Shown piece by piece: positions 10,128-20,078 of a DNA stretch of 64,000 nt. The stretch's first letter is position 1. Each line of letters begins with the position of its first letter. Under the pieces are notes generated by a model. The model did not search any database. It had not been told where the DNA came from and worked only from the letters and a program-made list of their open reading frames with translations. The translations under genes were made by a program, and so were the position numbers. Origin of the DNA: Vulcanimicrobiota bacterium (lineage in GTDB: Bacteria; Vulcanimicrobiota; Vulcanimicrobiia; Vulcanimicrobiales; Vulcanimicrobiaceae); assembly GCA_963733295.1 (NCBI GenBank), contig CAVTCS010000003.1, positions 1,792,001-1,856,000 on the forward strand, in the 5' to 3' direction.

Positions 10128-10213
10128 AGCAAATACAGCCAGAGAATCGAGAAGGTCCCAAGGAGCACCCAAAGTCCGATGGTGGCGAGGCGAATGCCGA
10201 TCGAGGTTTTCAC
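10106..10213 (-). CDS. 35-aa single-transmembrane small protein
   Basis: GTG at 10213 overlaps the amidase stop (GTGA). Sequence MKTSIGIRLATIGLWVLLGTFSILWLYLLWHPRVF; its end overlaps the ndh start region. Confidence 0.5.
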   Translation of the reverse strand: MKTSIGIRLATIGLWVLLGTFSILWLYLLWHPRVF

Positions 10214-10791
10214 GCCGCGCGAATCCGGCCGCGCAAGTACTCGCCGACCGCAATCGCCTCGCTCGCTTCCAACGGAGTTCGCGAGGGCGCCAAGCGCGCG
10301 ATGTCCCAACGTTCCTCCGCGCCGCTTCCGAAATAGCCGTCTTCGAGCGCGGCTTCGGCATGCGTCATCACCGAGGCTGCCTCCACTTCGATTCCGTAGA
10401 AGGCGCAAAGCCGCGCCGCAACGGCGCACAACGTCGAGATCAGGTCGTCGCGCAAAGGGAACGGACCAAAATCGTCGGGCCGCGCGTCCTGCATGCCGGC
10501 AACGGCGAGCCCTGCAGCAAACGAGTTGCGGCCGCGCGTGTGGGCGGCGTAGGCCGTCTCGCCGTGCACTCTGAGGCGGCGCATGTTCGCCCGCAGGTCG
10601 CTGGTTTCGCACACGATCGGTACGCCTTGCGCGTCGAGCGCAACACACAGGTGATAAACCGGGTATACGGTCGCGTAATCCCCGCCGGACCAATGCAGGT
10701 AGACGCGCTCGATCGGCCCTACCGGAAAGGCGGGCGACCACTTAGGGAGCCGCGCCCCGCGAGCGCGAAGGCCAGTATCGTGCACGATCAT
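10210..10791 (-). CDS. N-acetylmuramoyl-L-alanine amidase (Amidase_2-like)
   Basis: VYLHWSGG, YHLCV, AAHTRGRNS and VMTHAE zinc-amidase pattern. Start codon uncertain. Confidence 0.7.
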   Translation of the reverse strand: MIVHDTGLRARGARLPKWSPAFPVGPIERVYLHWSGGDYATVYPVYHLCVALDAQGVPIVCETSDLRANMRRLRVHGETAYAAHTRGRNSFAAGLAVAGMQDARPDDFGPFPLRDDLISTLCAVAARLCAFYGIEVEAASVMTHAEAALEDGYFGSGAEERWDIARLAPSRTPLEASEAIAVGEYLRGRIRAA

Positions 10792-11670
10792 CCGAACGTT
10801 ACCTCAGCCGGAGGTCCTTTTCCGTCAACCGTCCCCGCGGACGCGCCGTACGAGGGCGAATACCTCCCGCCGGGTAGCGCGCCGCCGCCTCGCAAAGAGT
10901 CCGGCTGGAAGCGAGGCGTCGGTCCCGCGGTCATTGCCGCGGGCGTGCTTCTCGCGAAATTCAAGTCGCTGCTCTTTCTGCTGCTCAGTTTCAAGTGGGT
11001 CCTGATCGGCTCGAAAGTTCTGCTTAGCTCCTTCTCGCTGGTCGCCTCGATCTGGTTCTATTCGCTCTTCTTCGGCTGGCCGTTCGCAGTCGTCTTCGTG
11101 TTGCTGATCCTCGTTCACGAACTGGGTCACGCGGCCTTCATGCGGATCTTCGGCGTTCCCGCGAGCATGCCGTACTTCATTCCCGGTTTCGGCGCGCTCA
11201 TCACGATGAAAGGCCGGCCCGCCTCCGCGCTTCAAGAATCGTACATCGCGCTAGCCGGGCCGTTGATGGGGACGGTCGCCGCGCTCGCATGCTATACCTA
11301 CGGCGAGGCAACGATGAACAAGTTCTGGATCGCCGCCGCCTTCACGGGCTTCTTTCTTAACCTGTTCAATATGATACCGGTCTTACCGCTGGACGGCGGT
11401 CGCATCATCGGCTCGGTCTCGCCGAGGGTTTGGATCTTCGGGCTCATCGGGTTGATCGTTGCGGCGGTCGCGTATCATTGGTATTATAACCCGCTGCTCA
11501 TCATCATCGTGCTGCTGAGCATTCCCAAAGCGATCGCCGCGTGGCGCGGCCAAAGCGACCCGCAGTACTACGCCCAAACACCGCTGCAGCGCGGCGGCGT
11601 CGCGGCGGCGTATTTCACTCTAGCGGGTTTCCTGATCGTTGCAATGCTGGAGTCGCGCGTCACGATATGA
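10780..11670 (+). CDS. Site-2 protease (peptidase M50) membrane metalloprotease
   Basis: HELGH, IALAGP and FNMIPVLPLDGG motifs; several TM helices. The GTG start at 10780 is inferred. Confidence 0.9.
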   Translation: MHDHPNVTSAGGPFPSTVPADAPYEGEYLPPGSAPPPRKESGWKRGVGPAVIAAGVLLAKFKSLLFLLLSFKWVLIGSKVLLSSFSLVASIWFYSLFFGWPFAVVFVLLILVHELGHAAFMRIFGVPASMPYFIPGFGALITMKGRPASALQESYIALAGPLMGTVAALACYTYGEATMNKFWIAAAFTGFFLNLFNMIPVLPLDGGRIIGSVSPRVWIFGLIGLIVAAVAYHWYYNPLLIIIVLLSIPKAIAAWRGQSDPQYYAQTPLQRGGVAAAYFTLAGFLIVAMLESRVTI

Positions 11671-12572
11671 GCGAGCGGCACGCGATTCTCGGCGCGGGCG
11701 GCATCGGCGGTTTGATGGGCGCCCTCCTCGCCGCCGGCGGCGACCGCGTGACGCTGGTTGTCCGCGAAGGAACGGTCGACGTCTATCCAGCCGAACTGAC
11801 GTTGCGGCGCACCGACGGATCGGTCGTGACGGGAGCGGCGCAAGTCGCGAGCAGCCTGCCGGCAGGCGACGACGTCGACGTGCTCTGGGTGACGACGAAG
11901 GCCGCGCACTTGGACGCAGCCTTGCGCTCGGTTAGCGCGGCTCGTCCGCATTGCGTCGTGCCCCTTCTCAACGGCCTCGATCACGTTGCGAAACTCGCGC
12001 AAGCTTTCGGGCCGGACGTCGTGATCCCGGGGACGATCGCGGTCGAAGCCGAGCGGCTCGCACCGGGTATCGTACGCCAGGGCACGCCGTTCGCGTTGTT
12101 GCGCCTGGCCGAACGCGGTCACGTCCTGCTCGCGAAGAGTGCCGCGCTGCTCGGGCCGCTGGGGATGACCGTCGAATTCATCGCGGACGAAACGACCCTC
12201 ATGTGGAGCAAGCTCGTCTTTCTCGCGCCGTTCGCGCTCGCAACGACCGCCAGCGGCGAACCGCTCGGATTCATTCGCGACCATCCGGATTGGCTCGCGC
12301 TGATGACGGGAGCGGCCGACGAGGTCGCGACCGTCGGACGCTCGGAAGGTGCGGCGTTCGACGCCGATTACGTTACGCGCACCCTGGCTCCGCTGAAGAC
12401 CGCTCCGCCGCAGGTCAGCAGCTCGATGGCGCGCGACGTGGCCGCAGGCAAGGAACCGGAACTCGACGCGATCGCCGGCGCCGTCGTCCGCGCGGCCGGC
12501 CGCCATTCGATTCCGGTACCTATGCTGCGCGAGCTCATGCAACGCGTACGCGAGCGCGTCGCTAGCGGTTGA
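11667..12572 (+). CDS. panE: 2-dehydropantoate 2-reductase (ketopantoate reductase family)
   Basis: GAGGIGG, VTTKA, PLLNG, MWSKL and SSMARD...ELDAIAG motifs. ATGA overlap with the upstream gene. Confidence 0.8.
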   Translation: MSERHAILGAGGIGGLMGALLAAGGDRVTLVVREGTVDVYPAELTLRRTDGSVVTGAAQVASSLPAGDDVDVLWVTTKAAHLDAALRSVSAARPHCVVPLLNGLDHVAKLAQAFGPDVVIPGTIAVEAERLAPGIVRQGTPFALLRLAERGHVLLAKSAALLGPLGMTVEFIADETTLMWSKLVFLAPFALATTASGEPLGFIRDHPDWLALMTGAADEVATVGRSEGAAFDADYVTRTLAPLKTAPPQVSSSMARDVAAGKEPELDAIAGAVVRAAGRHSIPVPMLRELMQRVRERVASG

Positions 12573-14445
12573 GAATCACCTTGACCTGGGGTAGCGGCGG
12601 GCGAGCCGGCAGCACGCCGAGCTTCATCGCGCGCAGCGGGTGCGCCGCGATGAGAGCGGCCCGCTGCGCGAGATGCGGCATCGGAGGCATTGCCGCCCGC
12701 CTGAACGCGTGCGGCATAACGGGACGCTCGACGATCGAGGCAACGCTAACACCTGACGACGAACCTTGAACCTGCGTTGCGGACGGTAAGCGCGTCGAGC
12801 GGTCGCCGTACGGATGAGCCACGATGCGGTACTGGAACGCGACGGTGCTCCTTCCGTTCATCAGCTCGCGCACGACGAACCCGCTCGCCGAACGCTCCGC
12901 GACGTACATCCCGTGGCAGTCGCCGAGCGGCGTAATGAAGACGAGATACGAACGGCTCGGATCGATCGTCGACGCGAAGGTGCGCTCGAGCGGAACGATG
13001 GCCTGACCGTTCACGAGTCGTGCTTCGCCGAAGTCTTCCATCGTCGGCAAGCTTTGGTGCGCGGCATAGGTGGTTACGGGCGCTGCGTTTCTCGTGCGCA
13101 CGGCCGCCGTGAGGTCGTTGTCGTACGAGCAATTCCCAGACGGCATGGTAACCGGGAACGCAGGGGACGATCCCTGCGAACAGAGCTGGTAGACTCGCCC
13201 CTGCACGTACAGATCGCCGCTCATCTGAACGTCACTGGCGCCGCTCGACAGCGTCGCGCCGCTGAATTTCAACGACCCGGCTTGAACGATAAAATTCTCT
13301 ATGGCACTCGAACCCGTCGCGTTGACGGCGGCGAAGTAATCGGTTCCGCCGGTGTTCTCTTGCGCGACGATCGCCGGATGCGCCGACTTCCCCGATCCTC
13401 CGAAGAAGACTCCCGCTTCGCCCGTTCCAACACCGAGCAATGCCGCAGCGAAATTCTCCGGAGTTTCGACTACGAGTGCGTTCCCCGAGTTCCCGCTCAC
13501 CGTTGACGACTCGAAGACGCCGCCCGTTCCCGCCTTCGCACCGAATCCGAACACTCCGACGCCGCCCGTCGCTCCGAAACCTTCGATGCCGTAGCCGGTC
13601 AGATTGGTCGACTCGCCGTACACGCCGGCGCCGCTGCCACCGGAGCTCTGCGCGAATACGCCGTAGAGCGCACCGTAACCGTCGACGCCGGTGCCGTCCA
13701 AAGCCATTCCGACCACCCCGGCCGAGGTGGGGTCCGTGCTCTCGCTCACGCCGGAAACGCCCTGGAAGCCGAGCCCGAACACGCCCGCGCCGCTGCTCCC
13801 GCTCGAACTTCCCGCAACGCCATACGGGCCGCTACCGAATACGCCGATGCCATTTGTGCTCGTCCCGCCCACGCCGTAATCGCTGTTGACGCCCGACGTA
13901 TCGGCGCCCAAGACACCCGCAAATCCTCCCGCGCTCGACGACGTGCTCGTCGTGCCGGCGATACCGTCGGCGCTGCTGGAGGTTCCCATCACGCCTGGGC
14001 TCGCGGCCGCCGCGGAGGTTCCCAGTACGCCGGTGCCGCTCGGCGAGTTACCAAAAACCGCCGTGCCGTTGGCGCTCGTATTGTAGCCGTAGATCGAAGC
14101 TGCACCACCGTCGTTGTTGAATCCGTAGACGCCCGGGCCGGTGGCGGAATATCCGTAGAGACCGTACGCAGAGGTACCCGTCGATTGTGCCCAGCCGACG
14201 ACGCCGACCGACTGCGGTGTCTGCACGTAGCCCACGACGCCGTCGATGTTGATCGAACTCGACGCGACGGTACCGTACCCGAACACGCCGGTGTCGTTTT
14301 GAAAGCCGGTGATCCCCTTGATCGCGTAGCCGGGAGCTCCGCTCGGACCGCTATCGGTGACCTTCAGCGGTCCCGGAATCGATTGCGCTAGCGCGGGTGC
14401 CGCGAACGCGAAGACGAGTACCAGCGACCAAACGATGAAACGCAA
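12562..14445 (-). CDS. Secreted Gly-rich repeat protein (GVxG repeats) with a conserved C-terminal beta domain
   Basis: Signal peptide, many G-V-[FYLMV]-G repeats, then EDFGEARLVNG...YLVFITPLGDC.GMYV...GFVVRE...FQYRIVA. Confidence 0.75.
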   Translation of the reverse strand: MRFIVWSLVLVFAFAAPALAQSIPGPLKVTDSGPSGAPGYAIKGITGFQNDTGVFGYGTVASSSINIDGVVGYVQTPQSVGVVGWAQSTGTSAYGLYGYSATGPGVYGFNNDGGAASIYGYNTSANGTAVFGNSPSGTGVLGTSAAAASPGVMGTSSSADGIAGTTSTSSSAGGFAGVLGADTSGVNSDYGVGGTSTNGIGVFGSGPYGVAGSSSGSSGAGVFGLGFQGVSGVSESTDPTSAGVVGMALDGTGVDGYGALYGVFAQSSGGSGAGVYGESTNLTGYGIEGFGATGGVGVFGFGAKAGTGGVFESSTVSGNSGNALVVETPENFAAALLGVGTGEAGVFFGGSGKSAHPAIVAQENTGGTDYFAAVNATGSSAIENFIVQAGSLKFSGATLSSGASDVQMSGDLYVQGRVYQLCSQGSSPAFPVTMPSGNCSYDNDLTAAVRTRNAAPVTTYAAHQSLPTMEDFGEARLVNGQAIVPLERTFASTIDPSRSYLVFITPLGDCHGMYVAERSASGFVVRELMNGRSTVAFQYRIVAHPYGDRSTRLPSATQVQGSSSGVSVASIVERPVMPHAFRRAAMPPMPHLAQRAALIAAHPLRAMKLGVLPARPPLPQVKVILNR

Positions 14446-14520
14446 AGCCGGCTCCTTTCAGTAAGCGAGACGGCAAGCGCCGCTCGCCCGCAAAGCATAG
14501 CACAGCCGGGGCGCGGACGT

Positions 14521-15051
14521 TTACGGCGCGGGGGAAGCTACGCTCGGAACCGCTTTCCAGACGCCGTCGACCGCGGGCGGCAGATGGTCCATCTTGCTGA
14601 GGAACATCGCAACCTTCCAGATCTCGTCGTCGCTCAGCGTCGTCGTGAACGAGGGCATCGCCGTGTAGCGGATGCCGTGCTTGACCTTCCAGTAGGTCTC
14701 GGCGACCGGATCGTCTTCGACGCCGTGTTTCGCGAGCAGCGGCGCCTGAATGTAGAAGCCTTGCGCGAGCTTCGAGGGTTTGGCGTCCGAGGCTCCGTGA
14801 CAGACCGCACAGTTTGCGGCAAATAGGTGCACGCCGTCCGTAAGGTTCTCGTCAGTGGGCTGCAGCGGGTTCTGCAAGTTCTTCGTGTCGCGAGCGACGG
14901 CGGCGCCGAGCGAGCGCTTCGCAGCCCACTTTTCGAGCGCGCTCGGTTTCGCGTCGGCATTGGCCGGCACGACTCCGAGTTGCACCGCCGCGAAACCGGC
15001 CGCCGCGAAAAATGCGAGCGTAAAGACGATCCCGTTGAGGAAGGCGCGCAA
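14521..15051 (-). CDS. Membrane-anchored c-type cytochrome
   Basis: N-terminal TM helix, CAVCH heme motif, distal Met in GIRYTAMPSF. Confidence 0.9.
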   Translation of the reverse strand: MRAFLNGIVFTLAFFAAAGFAAVQLGVVPANADAKPSALEKWAAKRSLGAAVARDTKNLQNPLQPTDENLTDGVHLFAANCAVCHGASDAKPSKLAQGFYIQAPLLAKHGVEDDPVAETYWKVKHGIRYTAMPSFTTTLSDDEIWKVAMFLSKMDHLPPAVDGVWKAVPSVASPAP

Positions 15052-15053
15052 GC

Positions 15054-16682
15054 TCAGATATCGACGTCCATGAAGTTGTCGAACGACGCCACGGGATTGG
15101 GGTGATAATTCTTGAGGTCGTCGTTGTACGCATAGATCTCGCGGCGCGCATCCAACACCACGGTCGGGATGTCCGCGTAGAGTTGCTCTTGGACGAGTTT
15201 TTGATACGGTTCGCGCTTGTCGAATCCGTAGAGAACCTTCGCTCGATCCATAGCCTCCGTCGCCTTCTCGTTACACCACCGGGGATCGTTCTGCCCATTC
15301 GGCGGGAAACGGTAACAGGCGTACAAGTTGGACATGTCCTCGTTGGGATCGGCGCCCCAGGCAAAGTTCACGACGTCGAACTTGCCGCCGTAGATGATGC
15401 CGCCTTCCGCGACCGGGGCGAAGAACTGCGACGACAGGTAGCGCTTGACGGAAAAGTCGACACCGATCTGCTTCCACCAGCCGCGGACCAGCTCGATCTG
15501 CGTGTCGGTGTCCGGAGTGCCGAGCGACGACGCATACGTCAGACTGAGGCGCCGTCCGTTCTTCACGCGGACCCCGTCGGCTCCGCGCTTCCAGCCCGCC
15601 GCCTCAAGAATCGCGTTGGCCTTGGCGAGGTCGAACGGCACGAGCGGGAGTTTCGCATCGTAGTCGCTGGCTGGAGTAATCGGCGACTCGCTCATGATGT
15701 ACAGGTTATTGCGCAGTTTTTCGTTCAGATACGCGCGGTCGGTTGCATAGCGTAACGCCTGGCGCACGGCGAGGTCTTGCATCACGGGATGCGAGAGATT
15801 GAAATCCATGTGATCGAAAAAGTAGCTCGGCGTCATCAACAGGTTAACGTTTGCGATCGTCTTGAGCTGCGGGACGAAGTGCGGGGGAACGGTCACCCAA
15901 AGGTCTAGCTCGTGCGTGCGCATCTCTTCGAGCACGACGTTCCGGTCGGGAATGATCTTGAAGGTGATGCGCTGCAGCTTCGGCGTGCCTCGGAAGTAGA
16001 GCGGATCCGGCACCATGACGACCGAGTCGGCTCGCTTCCAACTCTGGTACTTGAACGGTCCGATGCCGACCGGCAGCGCGTTGTACGGGACGTTGTTGAG
16101 GCTCTTGTAGCCTTTGAGCAAGTGCTTTGGAAGCACGCACGGGTTCGCTCCGCCCGTGCTGAAGAACGTCACGGCGAACGACGAGTAGCCCTTCTTGAGG
16201 TGGTAGACGACGGTGTATTTGTCCGGCTCGTCGACCTTCGTTATCAGATCCCAGCCGTCGCGGCTGACGACGTCGTTAGCCGGGTTGAGCACTTGCTGCG
16301 TCGAGAAGACGACGTCGTCGGCATCGAACGGCGCACCGTCAGACCACTTCACACCCTTGCGAATGTGCCAGGTTATCGTCTTGCCGTCCGGACTGATGCC
16401 GCCGTTGGCCTGCGAGGGAACTTCGGTCACCAGCTCGGGAACGTTCGCGTTGCCTTTGCTGTCGGTCTTGATGAGGAAAGCCTGCGTCAAAGTTGCGAGG
16501 AAGCTTTCGGTCCCCGTCGAGTGCGTCAGCGGATCCAGGCCTTGGATATCTTCCGCCGAGGCATAGCGCAACTGGTGCGGCGTCGTGTAGGCGTGGCGCT
16601 CCGTGCCGGCCGGCCCCGACCCGACTCGCGTACAGGCGGCGAGAACCACGAGGAGCGCCGCCGACGTGACGATCTTTCCCAC
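15054..16682 (-). CDS. ABC transporter substrate-binding protein, family 5 (peptide/nickel), lipoprotein
   Basis: LAAC lipobox, KWSDGAPFDADDVVFS, GIGPFKY, VRQAL. Confidence 0.9.
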   Translation of the reverse strand: MGKIVTSAALLVVLAACTRVGSGPAGTERHAYTTPHQLRYASAEDIQGLDPLTHSTGTESFLATLTQAFLIKTDSKGNANVPELVTEVPSQANGGISPDGKTITWHIRKGVKWSDGAPFDADDVVFSTQQVLNPANDVVSRDGWDLITKVDEPDKYTVVYHLKKGYSSFAVTFFSTGGANPCVLPKHLLKGYKSLNNVPYNALPVGIGPFKYQSWKRADSVVMVPDPLYFRGTPKLQRITFKIIPDRNVVLEEMRTHELDLWVTVPPHFVPQLKTIANVNLLMTPSYFFDHMDFNLSHPVMQDLAVRQALRYATDRAYLNEKLRNNLYIMSESPITPASDYDAKLPLVPFDLAKANAILEAAGWKRGADGVRVKNGRRLSLTYASSLGTPDTDTQIELVRGWWKQIGVDFSVKRYLSSQFFAPVAEGGIIYGGKFDVVNFAWGADPNEDMSNLYACYRFPPNGQNDPRWCNEKATEAMDRAKVLYGFDKREPYQKLVQEQLYADIPTVVLDARREIYAYNDDLKNYHPNPVASFDNFMDVDI

Positions 16683-16696
16683 GCGGACTTCCTTTG

Positions 16697-18298
16697 CTAG
16701 ATGTCGACGTTCATCATGTCGTCGAACGAACTGACCGCGTTCGGATGGAAACCCTTGATGTCGCTATTCATAGGGAACAGGTCCTCATTGATTTGCAAAA
16801 CGTAGGTCGGCGTGTCGGCGACGATCTGTTCTTGGACGATGTCGGCCAAAGTCTTTTGCTCGGAGAGATCGTAGGTCAGTTTAAAGCGGTCCATCGCCGC
16901 TTGGGCGGTCTTGTTGCACCAGCGCATCATGTTCTGCCCGTGCGGCGCGATGTTTTCGCAGCCGAAGATTCCCGACATATCGCCGTCGGGCCCGAGAAAC
17001 CACGCGAAGATCGCGACGTCGAACTTGCCGCCGTAGAGAATTCCGCCCTTTTCCGGCTGCGCGAAGAGCATCGCCGGGTCGTAATTCTTGCGCTCGAGAT
17101 CGACGCCGATCGCCTTCCACCAGCCGCGGATGAGTTCGATGGTCGTGTCGGTATCCGGGCTACCGGTGTTCGAGGCGAAGTCGATCGTCAGTTTCTGACC
17201 GTCCTTCTCGCGGTAGTCGCCGGCGGTTTTCTTCCAGCCGGCTTCGTCGAGCAGCGCCGCCGCCTTGGCCGGGTCGAACGTCGACGTCTTGATTTTCGAG
17301 TCGAAGAACGGGCTTACCGGCGACCATATTCCGTCCTGAACGATGCCCAGGCCGTGGTAGACTTTGTCGCGGAGCGTTACGCGGTCGATCGCCAGCGCCA
17401 GCGCGCGCCGCACGCGCGCGTCTTGCAGAACCGGACGGGTCGTGTTGAAATCGAAGTGACCGTAGCCGTAGCTGGCCTGGCGCAGCACGACGAGGTTATG
17501 CATCGCTTGCAGACGCGGGTAATAGGCGCGGGATGCGTTCGGCCACATGTCGACTTCGCCGGTCTGCAGCTGCAACTGAATCGTGTCGCGATTGGGAACG
17601 ATCCGGTACTCGACGCGCTTGAGCTTGGGCAGGCCGCGGAAGTAGTACGGATTCGCCTCGAGGATGATGCGGTCGCCGCGACGCCACTCGACGTACCGGA
17701 ACGGTCCGATGCCGACGGGCTTGGAGTTGTACGGATCGGTGTTGATGTCGGCAGAGTGTTCGAGCAGATGCTTGGGCAACACGGCCACGTTGGCTCCGCC
17801 GCTTCCGTAAAACGTCGGCAAGAACGACGAGTAGGCTTCCTTGAGGTGAAAGACGACGGTGTACTTGTCGGGCTCCTCGACCTTGAGGATGCGGTCCCAT
17901 CCGTCGCGGCTTGTGACGAGCGTCTTCGGATCGAGCACGAGCTTCGTCGTGAAAACGACGTCGTCGGCATCGAAGGGCACGCCGTCCGACCACTTCGCGT
18001 CCTTGCGCAAGTGGAACGTGATCGTCTTGCCGTCGGCCGAGACGCCGCCGTTGGCCTTGCTCGGAACCTCGCTCGCGAGTTCGGGAATGGGTTTGTTATT
18101 GTGGTCGTACTTGACGAGCCAGGCCATCGTCATCGACGCCAAACGGCTTTGGACCAGCTGCTGCTCGAACAGCGGGTTGAGCGAGGTGACGTCGCCGACG
18201 TCGGCCATGCGCAACACGTGCGGTTGCGTGTAAGCGTTCTTGCGTGACTCGTCCGCCGCGCGCGCGTGACGCACGCCGAGACCGCTCACGACGAACAC
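16697..18298 (-). CDS. ABC transporter substrate-binding protein, family 5
   Basis: KWSDGVPFDADDVVFT, GIGPFRY, VRRALALAIDR. The true start may lie slightly upstream, since hydrophobic in-frame codons continue to ~18340. Confidence 0.88.
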   Translation of the reverse strand: MFVVSGLGVRHARAADESRKNAYTQPHVLRMADVGDVTSLNPLFEQQLVQSRLASMTMAWLVKYDHNNKPIPELASEVPSKANGGVSADGKTITFHLRKDAKWSDGVPFDADDVVFTTKLVLDPKTLVTSRDGWDRILKVEEPDKYTVVFHLKEAYSSFLPTFYGSGGANVAVLPKHLLEHSADINTDPYNSKPVGIGPFRYVEWRRGDRIILEANPYYFRGLPKLKRVEYRIVPNRDTIQLQLQTGEVDMWPNASRAYYPRLQAMHNLVVLRQASYGYGHFDFNTTRPVLQDARVRRALALAIDRVTLRDKVYHGLGIVQDGIWSPVSPFFDSKIKTSTFDPAKAAALLDEAGWKKTAGDYREKDGQKLTIDFASNTGSPDTDTTIELIRGWWKAIGVDLERKNYDPAMLFAQPEKGGILYGGKFDVAIFAWFLGPDGDMSGIFGCENIAPHGQNMMRWCNKTAQAAMDRFKLTYDLSEQKTLADIVQEQIVADTPTYVLQINEDLFPMNSDIKGFHPNAVSSFDDMMNVDI

Positions 18299-18341
18299 CG
18301 CGCAAGCGAAGGCGGCCGCCAGTGCCGCTACGGAAGGCCGG

Positions 18342-19982
18342 TTACATCGAATAATCTTGCGGGTCCCAGAAGGGCGAGATCACCGGTGACGGGCGGTAGC
18401 CTTTGAGATCGGTGTTGTAGATTTCCGGCTCGAGCCGATAGAACAGCACGATCGAAGGAACGTCGCCGGCGAATTGCTGCTGCTCGATCACGAAGTCTTT
18501 CTTGCGACGCTTGTTATCGACGGTCGAAAGTTCGTCGTCCATCGCTTTGGTCGCGACGGCGTTGTTCCAAAACAGCCCGTTCTGCCCCTTCGGCGCCATG
18601 TTATGCGCCGAGTAGATGGCGCTGTCGTCCGGGTCGGCTGCACCGCCCCACGCATAGCCGGCCACGTCGTAGTGGCCGCCCTGAATCGTTCCCTTGGCGG
18701 TGTTGTCGAAGAATAGGGCGGAAGGCACGTTCTTCACCGCGACGTCGGCGCCGACGTCGTGCCATTCGCGCTGCACGAACTGCTCGATCTGCTTGTTCGT
18801 ATTGCTTTCGGTGTAAGTCGAGTAGTTGAACGCGAGACGCTGTCCGTTCTTGACGCGGATGCCGTCGCGTCCGACGCGCCAGCCGTCGGCGTCGAGCAGC
18901 GTCCTCGCTCTGACCAGATCGTAGGGCCAGTGCGACGTATTGTCGGTCCAGCCCCACGAGATCTTGGGCGAGAGCGCGGTGTCGGTCATGTCTCCGAGCC
19001 CGAAGGCGATCTTGTTGCGGATCGCCAGACGGTCGGTCCCGAGCGCCAGTGCGTGCCGCAGCTGCGGATCCCTGGCGAACATCGGGTCCTTCATGTTGAA
19101 GTCGATGTGGTCGTAGGTGAAGACGTGCACGGGATCGGCAATCGTGCCTGGAATGTCGTGCAGCTGCGGCCAAGCATTGGCGCCCACGTGGATCGCCATG
19201 TCGATCTCGTGCGTCCTCACCTGATTGATCAGCGTGTTCTCGTCGGGCATGATCTTGAAGACGACCTCGTCGAGCTTCGGTTTCCCGAGAAAATAGCCAT
19301 CGTACGCCTTTAAGACGACCTGCGAACCGCGATCCCAGCGATCGACCATGAACGGTCCGCTGCCGATCGGTTTCGAGTTGTAATCGGCGGTGTTGAACGA
19401 ACCTTTCTTGTCGTTGTACTTCTCGAGCAGGTGCGCCGGGAGAATCGGTGCGTTGCCGTTGACGGCCCAGAGCTGCTGCAAGAACGGCGCGTACACCCGC
19501 TTCATGTGGACCACCGCGACGAGCGGATCGCTACAATCGATGCTGTCGATGTCCTTGTAGCCGTCGGTCGTCACGCCGTTATTGGCCGGATTCATGACGA
19601 CGCGCCAAGTGAACTCGAGATCGTGACAGGTCAGCTTTTGGCCGTCCTGCCACGTGATGTTCGGGCGCAGCTTGTACTTGAGCGTCAAACCGTCCGGGCT
19701 GACGTCGCCGTTTTGGACCGTGGGAATCTCGACCAACGCATCGGGCACCGGGCGCGCCTGATCGTCGTAGCGTACGGTGTACGAGAAAATAAACATCGAG
19801 AGATCACCGGCAGCCGCGTTGTTGGCGAGGACAGGGTTGAGGTTCTTCGGGTCCTGAGACTCGCCGTACACGAGTCTGCCGTGGTGCGTCCACGGATTGC
19901 TGCTCGACGGCTCCGCCGATTGCGTTCGCGTGCAAGCTGCAGCGAGGAGCGCGAGAAGGGCGAGGCTCGCGACTTTACGCAC
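18342..19982 (-). CDS. ABC transporter substrate-binding protein, family 5, lipoprotein
   Basis: AAAC lipobox, TWQDGQKLTCHDLEFT, GSGPF. Confidence 0.9.
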   Translation of the reverse strand: MRKVASLALLALLAAACTRTQSAEPSSSNPWTHHGRLVYGESQDPKNLNPVLANNAAAGDLSMFIFSYTVRYDDQARPVPDALVEIPTVQNGDVSPDGLTLKYKLRPNITWQDGQKLTCHDLEFTWRVVMNPANNGVTTDGYKDIDSIDCSDPLVAVVHMKRVYAPFLQQLWAVNGNAPILPAHLLEKYNDKKGSFNTADYNSKPIGSGPFMVDRWDRGSQVVLKAYDGYFLGKPKLDEVVFKIMPDENTLINQVRTHEIDMAIHVGANAWPQLHDIPGTIADPVHVFTYDHIDFNMKDPMFARDPQLRHALALGTDRLAIRNKIAFGLGDMTDTALSPKISWGWTDNTSHWPYDLVRARTLLDADGWRVGRDGIRVKNGQRLAFNYSTYTESNTNKQIEQFVQREWHDVGADVAVKNVPSALFFDNTAKGTIQGGHYDVAGYAWGGAADPDDSAIYSAHNMAPKGQNGLFWNNAVATKAMDDELSTVDNKRRKKDFVIEQQQFAGDVPSIVLFYRLEPEIYNTDLKGYRPSPVISPFWDPQDYSM

Positions 19983-20078
19983 GGTCAGGAAACCCCGACC
20001 GGGGAAGCAATCAAGTCCATCCCTGTTCGCTACTGCGTCGTGGGCCGTAAGACCTACACGCCCGCGGGACCGGCCCGG

